From: Sminthopsis crassicaudata
Taxonomy: Eukaryota
Direction: 5' to 3'
Length of the DNA stretch: 64,000 nt
Assembly (NCBI RefSeq): GCF_048593235.1
Contig: NC_133620.1
Location: 292,531,765-292,595,764 of the forward strand
Below are positions 1-12,850 of this stretch, one piece after another; positions within the stretch are counted from its first letter, which is position 1, and each line of letters opens with the position of its first letter. The translations under genes were made by a program, and so were the position numbers. Under the pieces are notes generated by a model. That model searched no databases. It was not told the origin of the DNA and was given only the letters and a program-made list of their open reading frames with translations.

Positions 1-674
1 ATCCATTATATGAGACTACTCAGCTCCCTCAACTAAAGTGGGCCCAAAGGCCAGCTATATTTCAGAGAGAATTATTGAGAATCAGATGGAAGTCATTACA
101 GACTAAACTCAATAGAGTTTACTTCGTCCTGCTTTTTAATTCTCACTGCTACTATAGTAGATATTCTTACTACCTTGCTTAGCCTATTCCAATAGCTTCC
201 TTGAGCTGTATTCCTTCCCACTTTCTCCCCTCCAAACTGTCACACTATTTGTCAAATTATTTTCCTTGTATACAAGTTTGGTCAATCCTCTGCTCAAAAA
301 CCTTTAGTGCCTCTCAGTTTCTTGAATGAAGTTCAAACTGCTCTTAACTCCAGTGCTATGACTTAGCTTTTTGACTTCCTTCCACATAAAGCCTAGCAAC
401 TCAACATTAAAGTTGTGTGGTAGGAGCTAGGTAGATAGAACATTTTAAAAAGACCAAAGTCTCAACCCTTATATTCTGTATAAGATACAAACATAACTTT
501 AATACACATTAGATGGTGTACAACCTGAACTGTGAGGCTCAGGATGGGAGTGGGGTGGCTGGTCATCAGGGAAAATTTTCATGAAGGTGGCACTTAAAGG
601 ACAATATGAGTTCAAGATGTGATGATGGAAAGGGAGGGTATTCTAGGCATTAGGAAAAGTGTAACTAAAGCAGA

Positions 675-820
675 GGCATCAAACTATTCATGCAGTATCA
701 GATTAAAATGTAATTAGGAAATGTTTAGCAAATAAAAACATAATACATAACGTTAATTTGTGGTTTTGTAAATCAATATGTAGCTCTCTGGCCAAAGGAC
801 CTTTCTATTGATTTGGACTC
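675..820. mobile_element. hAT-Charlie-like non-autonomous DNA transposon remnant
   Basis: tcaaac...gattaaaatgtaattaggaaatg...ttaatttgtggtttt...tttctattgatttggac resembles the short marsupial Charlie MITEs; family assigned by recognition only, boundaries approximate. Confidence 0.45.
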
Positions 821-854
821 TTGGTTTAAGGTTTAAACCAAAGGACCTTGGCTT

Positions 855-1050
855 CAACAGTGTAGTATTGTGAAAAGAATGCTATATCCACAAAGAACCT
901 GGGTTTGAATACGGACTCTGCCAGGCCTGAAACGTTAGGAAGTTATATAACTTCTCTGGGCCCTAGGTTCCTCACCTTAAAATGATGGAATCAGATTAGA
1001 TGACATTAAGGTGAGTTTCCTTCCAGCTAAAAATTTACGATCTTATGAGC
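855..1050 (+). mobile_element. MIR/MIR3-type CORE-SINE remnant
   Basis: gtgtagtattgtgaaaagaat...cctgggtttgaat...aacttctctgggccctaggttcctcacc ttaaaatg...gattagatg: degenerate A/B boxes plus CORE. Confidence 0.6.
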
Positions 1051-2839
1051 ATAAAATGATATAAGACAGCTGGAAAGGTAGGATGGTGCCAGATTAGACA
1101 TAATTGAAAGTTTAAGAAAACAATTCTAACTTTAGTCAGGAGCAAAGGAGAATGTCTAAAGATTTCTGAACCAAATTAAATTCCTAAGAAAGAATATTGT
1201 GATAGCAATATGACCATAACAGGAGAGAAGAGTTAATAGGGAAAGTTCAGATGGGTGGGTGGTAATGAAGACCTTATACAAGAAACTCTGTACTGTGTAG
1301 AAGAAAGACAAAAGAGGATATATAAAGATGAAGTAGTTTACGGGATTTGATAAGTAATAGAGTATGGGATATGAGTGTGTCAGATAATAATTCCAAAGTC
1401 ACAAACATGAGAGTCATCCTTATAACAGATTCCATAAATCAAATAGAGCAGATTTAAGGAGAAAAATGTTTAGCTTGATTTTGAGTTTGAGGTCCAAAGG
1501 AACATTCCACTGAAAAGGTCTTAAAGCTGGAGATGCAGGTTTAGCACTCAGAAGAGATAATGGGGAAGAGGGGTGGATAGAGAACAAGAGCAGGGAAAGG
1601 GATAGGATGACACTGCAAAATATTTATACAATGCTTTTTTTTTAAGACTTGCAAATTGTTTTACATATATTATTTCATTTGGCCACGTTATCTACATAGA
1701 GAGGATTAAAAAGAAGCTATGGGAGTAACAGCTACATAAGAAAAAGCATGTATGTTGAAAAGCAAATAACCCAAAGAAAGATTTAGGAAAAACTGACTTT
1801 AGGCAGGAAGAAAGGACAAAAAAATCAGGAAGGAAACAGATAGGAGAAGGAAGAACAGAGTATAAACTTTTCGAAGTCAAAATCAGGAAGATTAGGCAGT
1901 AGGAAGGAGTCAAGGTCTTTAGAAAAATATGGGTGAATTTCTTTTTAAAAGATGAAGGGGCTGAGGGGATTGAATTTGACTATTAGATCCTGGAGAGAAT
2001 GGTTCAGAAAGGCAGACATAGTAAATTGTTTTTATCATTTTATAAAATAATTTGGAATTGGGGCTTTAAAAAAAAAAGTTTAAAAAATGTGCATGTTTTG
2101 GAAAAATGTCTTCCTCCCATTGGTAGGTTATATCTCAAGGAAATAAAAGACAGAAATAAAGCTTCCAAATATGCTAAAATAATCACAGAAACTTTTTTTT
2201 TGGGGGGGGGTATAAAAGAACTAGAAATATAACAGATGCACATTGGCTGGGATTATAGCTAAATAAAATTTATGAACTTTTATGAAGGTTCTGTGAACCT
2301 ACCATATATCATAAAAAAAATATAAAATTTAGAATTCACAGAAATATGACAAAGAAACCATATGAATTTATATGGAATGAAATATCAAGAAAACAATATA
2401 CATGGAAAGAACTAAAAAATAACTAAATGCTATGAAATTATAATAGCAAAATGGCCCAACGAAAAGATAAGCAAATGAACCTTTTTTACACTTCTTTGCA
2501 AAAGTAGAAAATGACATGGCTATGGAATAATACATATATTATCAGACTTGGTTGTATATTTTTTTGAACAGATTTTTTTCCTCTTTTTTTATTCTTTGTT
2601 ACTGTGGATAGTTTGATGGGTAGGGTTTGAGGGAGCAATATATTTGGAAATGAAGGTGTGATATCTAAACAAAAAAATAACAATTTATTTTAAAAAATAA
2701 AAAGTTCCTTGTTAGAGAAAGTAGTTTCAGTAAAGTGGTTGGGGTTGAAACCAGATTATAAAAAACAGTAAGCAAAGTCCCGGGAATAGGTATAATTTTT
2801 TTCAAAGTTAACAATAAAGAGGATGAGGAGAGATTTCTT

Positions 2840-4240
2840 AGTGAACATTTATTAAAGTGTATCTGCCAGAATTATTACATGTTAGGCACTGAGTAAAGAG
2901 ACAAAATGAAACAATCCTTACTTCAAGGGCTTTGTATTCTATTGGTGAGAATCAACATTTACACATAGAAGTATATACAAAATAAATACAAAGTAATTTT
3001 TTTGGGGAAAGATATGAGCAGTCAGGAGGGGGAATGAGAAAAGGTTTCATGTAGAAACTAGCTATTGAGCTGAACTCTGAAGAAATTTAGGAATTTAAGA
3101 GGAAGGGATGAAGTGTTGGTATGTTCTACACATGGGAGATACTCTATGCAAAGACAGAGAGAAGAAAGACTGTATTGTATGTGAGGAATAATACTGGACC
3201 AAAGGGGATTAATGTATAACAAGATTAGAAGTGTAGGATGGGGCCAGGTTATGATGGAAATTACCAAATGGAAATGTATTTTATCCTAAAGGCAATAGAA
3301 AACCATTGAAGTATATTGAATAGAAGTTTATTGACATGGTCAAGCCTATGCTTTAGGAAAATCATTGCTAAGTTCCTTTTAAGAGAAAATACTTGAAGAA
3401 GGAATTAGAAACTTAACAGTAATTGTCCAGATGAGAGATGAAGTCCTGAACATATAAGTAGAGAGAAAGGGAAGGATATAAAGAAAAGTTCTGAAAGTAG
3501 ACTCAAAAAGACTTAGCAACTGATTAGACATGGGGATGATAGGAGTCAAGGAAGAGACTGAGATTGCAAATTTGAATGACTGGAAGTCTAGTACCATTGA
3601 CAAATACAGGAAAGATCAAAGAATAGATAGTTGGGGGGGGAGAGAGGAGAAGAAGATCAATAGTCCTGTTTTGGTCATGTTTGAAAGTTAGAGTTTGAAA
3701 TAAATTCCATATATCTAGCTGGAAATGCCCATAAGGCAAATGGAGCTAAAAAGAGAGAAAAAGGTTGGATATATAGCTATAAAGATAATTAGAGACATGA
3801 AAGTTGATGAAATCACCATGGGAGAGAATGTAGAAAGATGAAAATGAATATAGCTATGGAATACAACAATAGTCAGAATGTGATAAGGATATGATCCGGC
3901 AAAGAAAACTGAAAAGGAAACAAAGAGACAGGAGGCAGGTATGCCAAGTAAACTCAAGAGATAAAGAGGACTCAGGATGAAGGCAATCAACAGTGTCAAA
4001 TGTTGCAGAGAAGTTGAAAAGGATGAAGAGTGAATAAAGGTCACCAGATTTGACAATTAAGAAATCACTTGTAATTCTGGGAGTAGTTTGAAATGAGTGA
4101 TGAGGTAGGAAGTCAGAATGCAAAGAACTGAGAGGTAAGTGATAAAAGTGGAGTTAATGAGAGCAGAAATAATTTTTTTCCTAGAAGTCTGGATGTGAAA
4201 GGGAGGAGAGATTGGATGGATAAGGTCCAGAACAGAAACC
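2840..4240 (-). mobile_element. L2 LINE remnant (RT region plus 3' end)
   Basis: Minus-strand ORF 3854..4123 contains LFNFSATFDTVD, the L2 RT 'LDLSAAFDTVD' motif; an L2 3'-end-like gaacatttattaaagtg...taggcactg lies near 2842-2890. Confidence 0.65.
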
Positions 4241-5480
4241 ATTTTTTAAGACTCAGGAAAAAAAAATAGATGAGATCAGCCAAGAGCTATTTTAGTAACA
4301 AGTAGTCTCAAGACACAATAATTAATTCCCCACGCACCTACCAGCAAAGCCTCAAAGAAAAACACAATTTGGACACAAGTTCAACTAGAATTTTAAATAA
4401 GAGTTTAAAAAAAAACAACAACAAAAATTTATTTTATAAATAAAATAAGAGCACTAAACAAAATAATTTAAAAATTTGAGAATGTTAGGACAAAAACTTA
4501 AGAGACCTGAGAACAATGAAAGATAAGAATAGGGAAGAGAATAGAGAAGAAATATAAACCTTAACCAAGTAAAGGACTCCTTGAAAATTAGAATGCATCA
4601 ATTAGAAGTTAATGAATCTGAGTCAACAAGAAATTCTGAACAAAGTTAAAAAATTGGGGAAAAAAAGAAAAGTGAAAGATATTACATAAAAAACAGATCT
4701 AGAAAAAAATCTTAAATCAATTAACTACTAAAAGTCACAATCAATAAAAAAGCCTAACTAGTCTATTTTAAGAAATCATACAAGAAAACTGACCAGAGGG
4801 GCAGCTAAGTGGTGCAGTGGATTGAGAATCAGGAGTACCTGAGTTCAAATCTGGTTTCAGACATTTAATACTTCCTAGCTGTATGACCCTAGGCAAGTCA
4901 CTTAACCCCAATTGCCTCAGCAAAAAAAAGAAAAAAGAAAACTGACCAGATCTCTTGGAACCAGAGGACAACATAAAAACAGAAGCAATCTACCTTTTCT
5001 GAAAGAAACCTCCAAATAAAAATTCTCAGGAACATGATAGACAAATGCAGATTTTTCAGATCACAGGGAAAATATGCAAGCAACCAGAAAGAAAGAATTC
5101 AAGTGCTAAAGAAGCCACAGTCAGGATCATACATTAGCATAAAGAAGAGGAGACCTTGGTATGTAATATGCCAGAAAAATATAGGCTTACAACCAAGAAT
5201 AACTTACCTAGCAAAGCCAAGTATAATCCTACAGGGGAAAAATGGATCTTTAATGAAATAGAGGACCTTCCAATCATTCCTGATGAAAAGACCAGAACTG
5301 CGCAGATACTCTGAAGTGCAAAACATAGGAGTCAAGAGAAAAATAAAAAGGTAAATATGAGCAAACAATTATAAAGGATTAAACAAGATAAATGGTTTCT
5401 GTTTCAATATAGATCATGGTATATATCCTCTCAGAACCCTGTTATCATCAAGGGTCATAGAGGGTATCTATTTAGACAGA
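4240..5480 (+). mobile_element. Decayed L1 ORF1 remnant interrupted by a WSINE1
   Basis: A-rich coiled-coil-like sequence; 5034..5261 translates to an L1 ORF1 C-terminal-like peptide (GLQPRITYLAKPSIILQG); multiple frameshifts. Confidence 0.65.
4798..4934 (+). mobile_element. WSINE1 SINE with 16-bp TSD
   Basis: ggggcagctaagtggtgcagtgg...gagttcaaatc...ggcaagtcacttaaccccaattgcctcagc plus A-tail; TSD aagaaaactgaccaga at 4782-4797 and 4935-4950. Confidence 0.9.
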
Positions 5481-5851
5481 GGGCCTGAAAACAATTTCAT
5501 TAAGTCTTGATGGTCTTAAAATAAGAATGGGAAGGGAAGGAACAGTGGGAGAGAAATGAGAGGAAAATTATCTTACAAAAGCGGGGTGCCTAAGTTAAAG
5601 TCTATACAAAGGAGGAGGAAGTTGTTGGGGTGGTGGGGATATGGGTGACACTTAAACCTTCCATTCTCATCTGATCTGATCAAAGCAAAGAATACCTACA
5701 CATAGCCTCATAGTTAAACAAGGAAATACATTTTTCTGATTGTTGCATATCTGGAGAGAAGAGCAAGATTTTCAGTTTTGTGTGCAATATCCTTTTTTTT
5801 ATTGTATTATGGGGTAGAAATGCTTGTTTTGTTCCACGAATTGAAAATAAA

Positions 5852-5929
5852 TACATATATATATATATATGTACATATAAAATATATTTGTCTTTATATA
5901 TATATATATATAAAGACAAATATATTTTA
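5852..5929. repeat. (TA)n microsatellites within perfect palindromes
   Basis: 22-bp palindrome at 5852-5873 and 52-bp perfect palindrome at 5878-5929, both centred on (TA)n; checked base by base. Confidence 0.95.
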
Positions 5930-6029
5930 CCAAACAGGAAGAAAGGAGAGAAAAGTGAGAAAGAAATAAAAGGGAGGATAGATTATGGGAAGGATATGTC
6001 CTTAGCAAAAGAAATTCATTTCAGTTGAT

Positions 6030-6215
6030 TCTGTGACTTCATTGGGATTTTCTTGGCAAAGATTTTCTATTCCCTTCTTCAGCTGATTTTATAGTTAAGA
6101 CATTGAGGCAAACAAGGTTAAAATGACTTTCTTAGGGTCACACCCTGGATTTGAACTCATTTAGAGTAGTCTTCCTGATTCAGGCCTGGTATTCTATCCA
6201 CTGTGCTACCTAGTT
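6030..6215 (-). mobile_element. Mar1-type marsupial CORE-SINE
   Basis: gggattttcttggcaaagat...tccttcttcagctgatttt...gaggcaaacaaggttaaaatgactt...ggatttgaactc. Confidence 0.7.
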
Positions 6216-6650
6216 GGAATATATAAAAATATTCAAGGTAGATCATTTAATGGTGACAACTAATTAGAAACTGAAGGAGTATCCATCGAATGAAGAAAGC
6301 TGAACAAGTTTATAAATGTGATGGAATAACACTTTCTTTTAGAAAGAAAGAAGCAGAAGGATTACGGTGGAGACATGATGGCAAAAAAAGGGCGGCAATT
6401 CACCTGAGCTCTCCCCAAAAAACTTCAAGTAATGCCATAAAACGATTCCTATAGCACTAAAACACATAAAAGGGTGAGGTAAAATCATTTCCCAGTCAAA
6501 GTCAACTTAGAAGGTCAGCAGAAAAGATCTGTCCTAAGTGAGTGAAGAGTAGAACATTGTTCAGTGCAGGCCTTGCTAGTACACCCCAGCCCCAGCAAAC
6601 TAGAACAGGCCTTAGAAGTCACTGAATAAGTAATAGCAGCAGCAGCAGCA

Positions 6651-6745
6651 ATTTTTCTTTTCTTTTCTTCTGAAACAACATTTGAACTCAGGTCCTCCTG
6701 ACTTTCAGGGCTGGTGCTCTTTCCACTGCACCACCTAGCTGCCCC
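6651..6745 (-). mobile_element. Internally deleted WSINE1
   Basis: tttgaactcaggtcctcctgactttcagggctggtgctctttccactgcaccacctagctgcccc with T-rich tail; agcaattttt on both sides (TSD). Confidence 0.85.
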
Positions 6746-7639
6746 AGCAATTTTTTCTAGAGTTCTCAGTCCACAAAAAGCAAGGGGTGAAATAACTAGT
6801 CAAAAGGAGATTATAGGGGTCTCTTTGCTAGCACAGAACTAAGACTCTGTTGCTTTATCCATACTTTACCAGGTCTTAGTCCTGGAAGTCCCCAGATTGA
6901 AGAGGAGCATTAGGACACTAGAATTTGTAATTATAGTAGAGTGGGGACACTCAACAGTTCCAGGATAGAAAAGAGTGCTTGTGATGTCTCCCAGAGGATG
7001 GGCCAGGAAAGTAGTAAATATATCTTTCCTTAGATCATATCATCTTGCAAAAACTGATAACTTACAGGTCCCTAGAAGTATCTCTGAAAACAGCTGCACA
7101 AAACCCCTCAAGCTTAGGACAATGCTCCCTTCATTCTGGCAACAGAGCCCTACTTTAACAAAAGTTAAGAGTCAAGAAATGGTTTGGAAAAATGAAGAAA
7201 CAACAGAAAAAAATTCTATAGTCAGAATTTTTTCTGTTGTTTCTTCATTTTTCCAAACCATTCTGACTATAGACAAGTTAAGTGACAAGACTTGGTGACA
7301 AGTCAAAATCAAAACACAATCAGGAAAAAACAAGTCAAAGCTCCTCCATCCAAAGCCTCTAAGAAAAATATGAAACTATTTCAGACCATAAAGAACTCAA
7401 AAAGGATTTTGAAAAGCAAGTAAGAGAGGTTGAAGAAAAATTAGGAAGAGAAATATGTGCTATAAAAAAATCATGAAAAACAAGTAAACAATGTGAGAAA
7501 CAATACATGTTTCCATAGCAGGAAAAAAACAAAAACAAAACTGGAAGTCTGGAACTAGAAGTAGTCCAGAGAAGGAGAACTACTGAAACCAATTTCAGTT
7601 TACCTGAAACCTGGTAAAACTAGACAAAATTAGTTGTGT

Positions 7640-8090
7640 AGTTTGTAAAAAAAATTTTTCTCCCTTTCCCCAAGCCCTCCCCTAGATGGCAAGTAGTTCA
7701 AGATATGTTAAACATGGTAGAAATATATGTTAACTCCAAATATACATACATACTTATACAATTATCATGCCACACAAGAAAAAAAGAGAAGCAAAATAAA
7801 ATGCAAGCAAAAAAGAGTGAAAATACTATGTTGTGAACCATACTCGAGTGTAGGTGTAGATGGTTCTCTTTATCAATGAACAATTGGAACTAGTTTGAAC
7901 CATCTCATTGTTGAAGAGGGCCACGTCCATCAGAACTGATCATCATATAATCTTGTTGCTGTCATGTATAATGATCTCTTGGTTCTGCTCATTTTACTTA
8001 GCATCAATTCATGTCTCTCCTCGCCTCTCTGAAATCATCCTGTTGTTCAGAACATATTCCATATTAACATTCATATGCCATTATTTTAAT
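7640..8090 (-). mobile_element. L1 3' end, inverted
   Basis: ccctcccctagatggcaagtag...gggccacgtccatcagaactgatcatcatataatcttgttg: typical dasyurid L1 3'UTR, antisense. Confidence 0.75.
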
Positions 8091-8549
8091 GGTCATGCAA
8101 TGTAAGGACTGGAAAGGGATACATATTAAGGAATCTATATTGTAGAAGGATTCGGAAGAATGTTAATCTAGGAAGTTATTGGGGAGATGGGGAAGGAATT
8201 TCACAGCTGGGATCAGGAATGAAAGACAAATTCTTGCTCCTGAAACTGTGTGTAAGTTCATTTTGAGTTTTCACATCTTTCCTGCAGGAATGTATTAAAA
8301 GTTTAAACTGCTTCACTTATTCTGAGGTTGTTTATTTATTGCACCCTTATTTGAGGTTCAGAATTTTGTTTCCAACAATAGCTTAGTAAAGGAGACACAA
8401 AAAAAATACTAAATAACAACTTAAACAGACAAGGTCAAATGTTTTTTTAAAAAAGCAAATGAGAAGAATGCCTTAAAAAGTAGAATTGGCCAAATGGAAA
8501 AGAGGTTCAAAAGTTCCCTGGAGAAAATTATTTTTTAAAAATTAGAATT

Positions 8550-8704
8550 GGGGCAGCTAGGTGGCGCAGTGGATAGAGCACCAGCCTTGAATTCAGGAGG
8601 ACTGGAGTTCAAATCTAATCTCAAGACACTTAAGACTTCCTAGCTGTGAGACCCTAGGCAAGTCACTTAACCCCAGCCTCAGAAAAAAAAAAAGAAAAAA
8701 TAAA
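8550..8704 (+). mobile_element. WSINE1 SINE with 13-bp TSD
   Basis: Full ggggcagctaggtggcgcagtggatagagcaccagcc...cacttaaccccagcctcag plus A-tail; TSD taaaaattagaat at 8536-8548 and 8705-8717. Confidence 0.9.
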
Positions 8705-9992
8705 TAAAAATTAGAATCAAACAAATAGAAGAAGCTAATAACTTTAGGAGAAATAAAGAAACAATAAAACAAAACCAAAGGAATGAAAAAATAGAATATA
8801 AAATATCTCACTGAAAAAACATGACTTGGAAAATAGATCCAGGAGAAGGTATAATTGAATATGATAGGATGAAATCTAAAAAAATAAAATTAAGGGGTGA
8901 GAGGGGAATGTAGTAGAAGAAAAGGAAAGAAAGGTAGAATAGAGCAAATTATCTCACATAAAAGGGGAAGAAAAAAAAATTACAGTGAAGGGAAAAGGGA
9001 GGAGATGAGAGAAAGTGAATGTTACTCTCATCAGATCTGGTTTAAAGAGGAATAACATGTATAATCAATGGAGACTAGAAATCTATCTTATTCTACAGTA
9101 AAGTAGGAAGGAAAGAGGGTAGGGGATGGAATTGGGAGAATGAGTAGTCAGAAGTAAAACACTTTTGAAGATGGATAAAGAAAAAGGAAAGAGAAAAAAC
9201 AGGGAAGGAAATGGGATGTAAAGAAATACAATTAGCAATAGTAACTATGAAAAAAATTTAAGCATGATTCTCTGATAAAAACCTCCTTTCTAAACAGAGA
9301 ACCGAGTTAAATTAATTTTTAAAAAGAGCCATTACCTAACTGATAAACAATTAAAAAATACAAATTTTTCAGGTGAAGTAATCAAAATTATAGCCAAATT
9401 AAAAAGTGCTCTAACTCATCGTTTGGAGAAATGCAAATTAAAACAATTCTGAGGGATTACTTCATACTTGTCAAATCAGCTAATAGAACAGAAAAGGCAA
9501 ATAACAAATACTAGAAAGGTTGTGAGGAAAATGAAACATTTATGAATGCAATGTAAGTAAAGTTATAAACGGATTCAATCATTCTGTTGAGCAATTTGGA
9601 ACTATGTGTACCCTTAAGACTTAATACCACTAACTAGGTCTGTAAAATCAGAAAAAGAAGGTATATGTATAAAAATTATTTATAGCAGCTCTTTTTTGAT
9701 AGCAAACAATTGGAAATTGAGGGAGCTATCAAGTGATTATGATGAGTACTATTTTGTTATGAAAAATGATGAGCAGGATGCTTTTAGAAAAACCTGGAAA
9801 GATTTACATGAGCTGATGCAATAGACTATAGACAAAGTAACAGCAATATCGCGAAATGAACATCAGCTGGGGATGACTTAGTTATTGTCAGTAATACAAT
9901 GATTCAAGGCAACTCTGAAGGACTTATGATGAAAAATGCTATTCATCCCCAGAGAAAGAATTAATGGTATATGGACACAAACCAAAGCATAC

Positions 9993-10225
9993 TTTTTTTT
10001 TTTATTATAGCTTTTTATTTACAAAACATATGCATGGGTAATTTTTCAACACTGACCCTTGCAAAACCTTCTGTTCCAAATTATCCCCTCCTTCCCTACA
10101 CCCCCTCTCCCAGATGGCAGGTAGATCAATACATGTTAAATATGTTAATGTATATGTTAAATGAAATATATGTATACATATCCATACAGTTATTTTGCTG
10201 CACAGGAAGAATGGGACTTTGAAAT
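9993..10225 (-). mobile_element. Young L1 3' end, inverted
   Basis: poly-T, then attatagctttttatttacaaaacatatgcatgggtaatttttcaacactgacccttgcaaaacc...: dasyurid L1 3' terminus. Confidence 0.8.
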
Positions 10226-10228
10226 GGA

Positions 10229-10381
10229 CATTTTTTTTTTTTTTTTTTTGGCTGAGGTGATTGGGGATAAGTGACTTGCCCAGGGTCACACAGCCAAGTG
10301 TTAAGTGTCTGAGGCCAGTTTTGAACTCAGGTGCTCTTGACTTCAGGGTTGGTGCTCTATCCACTACACCAACTAGATGCC
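10229..10381 (-). mobile_element. WSINE1 SINE
   Basis: poly-T, then ggctgaggtgattgggg...aagtgacttgcccagggtcacacag...tttgaactcagg...ctctatccactacaccaactagatgccc. Confidence 0.9.
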
Positions 10382-12489
10382 CTTCATTTTTCTTGAAGTT
10401 TTTTTTTTTTTTTTTGTCCATTTTCTTTTACAACATATTAGTCATGGCAATATTTTACATGACTACACATATGTAACCAATATTGAACTGTTGCCTTCTC
10501 GATGAGAGAAGGTGGTAGAGAAAGAGGTAGAGAAAGTTTTAAAAACAAATAAAATCTGTTCTAACATATTAAAAGTGGGGGAAATAAAACACTAAAAAAA
10601 AAGCTTTTAAAAAATTAATGAATCACAATTCCAGATGACTTATGACGAAACGACACCTACATCTTGATAGAAAGGTAAAGGACATTAAGAGTACAAAATG
10701 ACTACTTTTTTGGACAATGCCCATTTGGAAAATTGTTTTTGTTTCACTATGTACGTCTCTGTAATAGGGGTTTTGTTTATGCTGCAAGATTGGTACTTAC
10801 ATTTCTTTGGTTATCCTCTATTTCCCCAAATTAGACTTTTTGACTGAAGGGCAGAACTATGGGGTACAGGCCTCTATTTGGAGTTTTTCCTCCCAATTTC
10901 CTTCCTGCCACACTGGTTTTAGACTTTATAGAACCTTCTACCATGCCCTAACAGCTAGCAACTTCTCTCCACATCATCTTCCCTTTTAGTTTCCTTTTTT
11001 GTCTTTCCCAATTAGACTGTAAGTAAGCATCTTTATGGATAGGGTTGTGTTTTTTTTTTTTTTTTTTTTAATTTAATTTTTATCCTAGTGCTTAGTACAA
11101 TATTGACACATGGTAAGTACTTAAATGTTTAGAACTGATTTTCTTTCTTTCTCAAACAATTACAAAAGACTCAACCACAATTCCAAAAGACTGATACTGA
11201 AGAAAGCTACTCACCTTTTGAGAGAGTGGTGATAAACTCAAGATGAAGAATTAGACATACATTTTTACATGGCCTATATGGCAATTTGACTCAGAAAGAA
11301 ACGTATGTTTGTAGACATTGAGGAATAAACCATTTGAGAAGAAGAGACCAAATGCATGAGAAAAAATAGTTGACTGGGCAAAGGCAGATGGGATCAAAGT
11401 CACATGTACCACATATGTGACTTTCCAAGGCTTACAAAGTGCTCTGCTTGAGCCCCACAAATTATTACCCCCTAATTCCAAAAGGAAAAGTTGAGACTAA
11501 GAGAATAGAAATGATTTGTCTATAGTCACACAGTTCATATACATTAGAGGCAGAATTAAGAACTCATCTGTGAGACTCAAGTCCTAGCATTCTATCCAAT
11601 GGGCTGAGTTGTCTCAAGTAGCATTAACCTTAGTGAGTAGGAATATTTCTTTTCCTATGAAGACAAGGAGGAAGAGGGAGTGATACCCAATTTTAGGTAA
11701 AGAAAAGCACTAAGAGGGCTTATTCATATGGTCTCAATCTTCTCAAATTGGAGATTCAAGTCATCAGCTCCCTAAGAATAAAGAGGTGGATTGGGAGAAA
11801 AATAGGCTTGTATTATTTAATACACAATATAAAAAATGAAGTCAATAAGTTATCTGTTTATGCCTAGAAAATCTGTTTATTGAACTGCTCTACCATACTT
11901 TATTCTGCCCTCAGTTATACAGGCTTTAAAGCTCAAATGCTTTAAATAATTATGAAGGTTCTCTTGAACCTCCAAAAGGTAAAACCCCCACTGTCTCTTT
12001 TATGCATGTTATTTTGTATTACATTTACTTGTATATGTATCCAATTCCACTAACATATAATTGGCTCTGTGGTGAGAGAATTCATGTATTATATTTAAAC
12101 TTTGTATAAACTCCTAATCAATCTGACAGTACTAATTTTGCTGTTAAAATAGGATTAGACTTCAAGAAGTTTCAATGCTTCAAACATTTGCGCTTTGTCA
12201 GTCTATTCCTTCCTTCATGGAAAGAAAACTGTAAACTTAGTGACTTAGTGGGATCTGTCTGACTGCTGTCTGAAAAATTTTGAAGATGGCTAACTTAATA
12301 AGTAAAATTCAATCATATATCTCCTTTCCTTCTCTCTATCCCTTTCTCTCTCTCACACACATTAATCCGAAATGAAATTAAGTGATGTTTTTCTTCTCTT
12401 TCCTCCTTTACCACCTTACATACAAAGGACTATTTCCCCAAAATGTAAAAGTTTCAAGGCACTTTTTTCCTTCTAAGCTTATAAGTTTC

Positions 12490-12850
12490 TGGGAAATAGA
12501 TTAGGTCACAGCTCGTTTCAACAATTAAATGATTCAGACCAGTTCCAATGGTCTTGTGAAAGCCATCTGCACCCAAAGAGAGAATTGTGCACACTGAGTG
12601 GGATTCACAACATAATATTTTTGTTGTTTGCTTTATTTTTTCTTTTTCATTTTTTCTCTTTTTGATCCAATTTTTCTTGCGCAGCATGACAACTGTGGAA
12701 AAATGTATAGAAGAATTGCACATGTTTAACATATATTAGTGAGGGGAAAAGGAGGGAGAAAAAAACTGAAACAGGTTCTGTAAGGGTGAATGTTGAAAAT
12801 GATCTATGCATGTTTTGAAAATTAAAAGCTTTAATAATTAAAAAAAAAAA
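12490..12850 (+). mobile_element. L1 3' end
   Basis: gccatctgcacccaaagagagaa...gggtgaatgttgaaaat...atgcatgttttgaaaattaaaagctttaat plus A-tail. Confidence 0.75.

Larger units (their letters stand above)
6360..9990 (+). mobile_element. Fragmented L1 (5'UTR, ORF1, inter-ORF and ORF2 3' remnants) carrying nested insertions
   Basis: Marsupial L1 5'UTR-like start (atggc...tcacctgagctctcccc), ORF1-like A-rich segments at 7200-7560 and 8380-8830, ORF2-end-like sequence at 9370-9960; interrupted by SINEs and an inverted L1 3' end. Boundaries approximate. Confidence 0.6.

Noticed and set aside
5680-6028. YIYI-rich ORFs on both strands
   Set aside because: Translation of the (TA)n palindrome.
11396-11424. 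10-bp inverted repeat AAAGTCACAT-N9-ATGTGACTTT
   Set aside because: Single short hairpin in repeat-derived intronic DNA; compatible with chance or local duplication.
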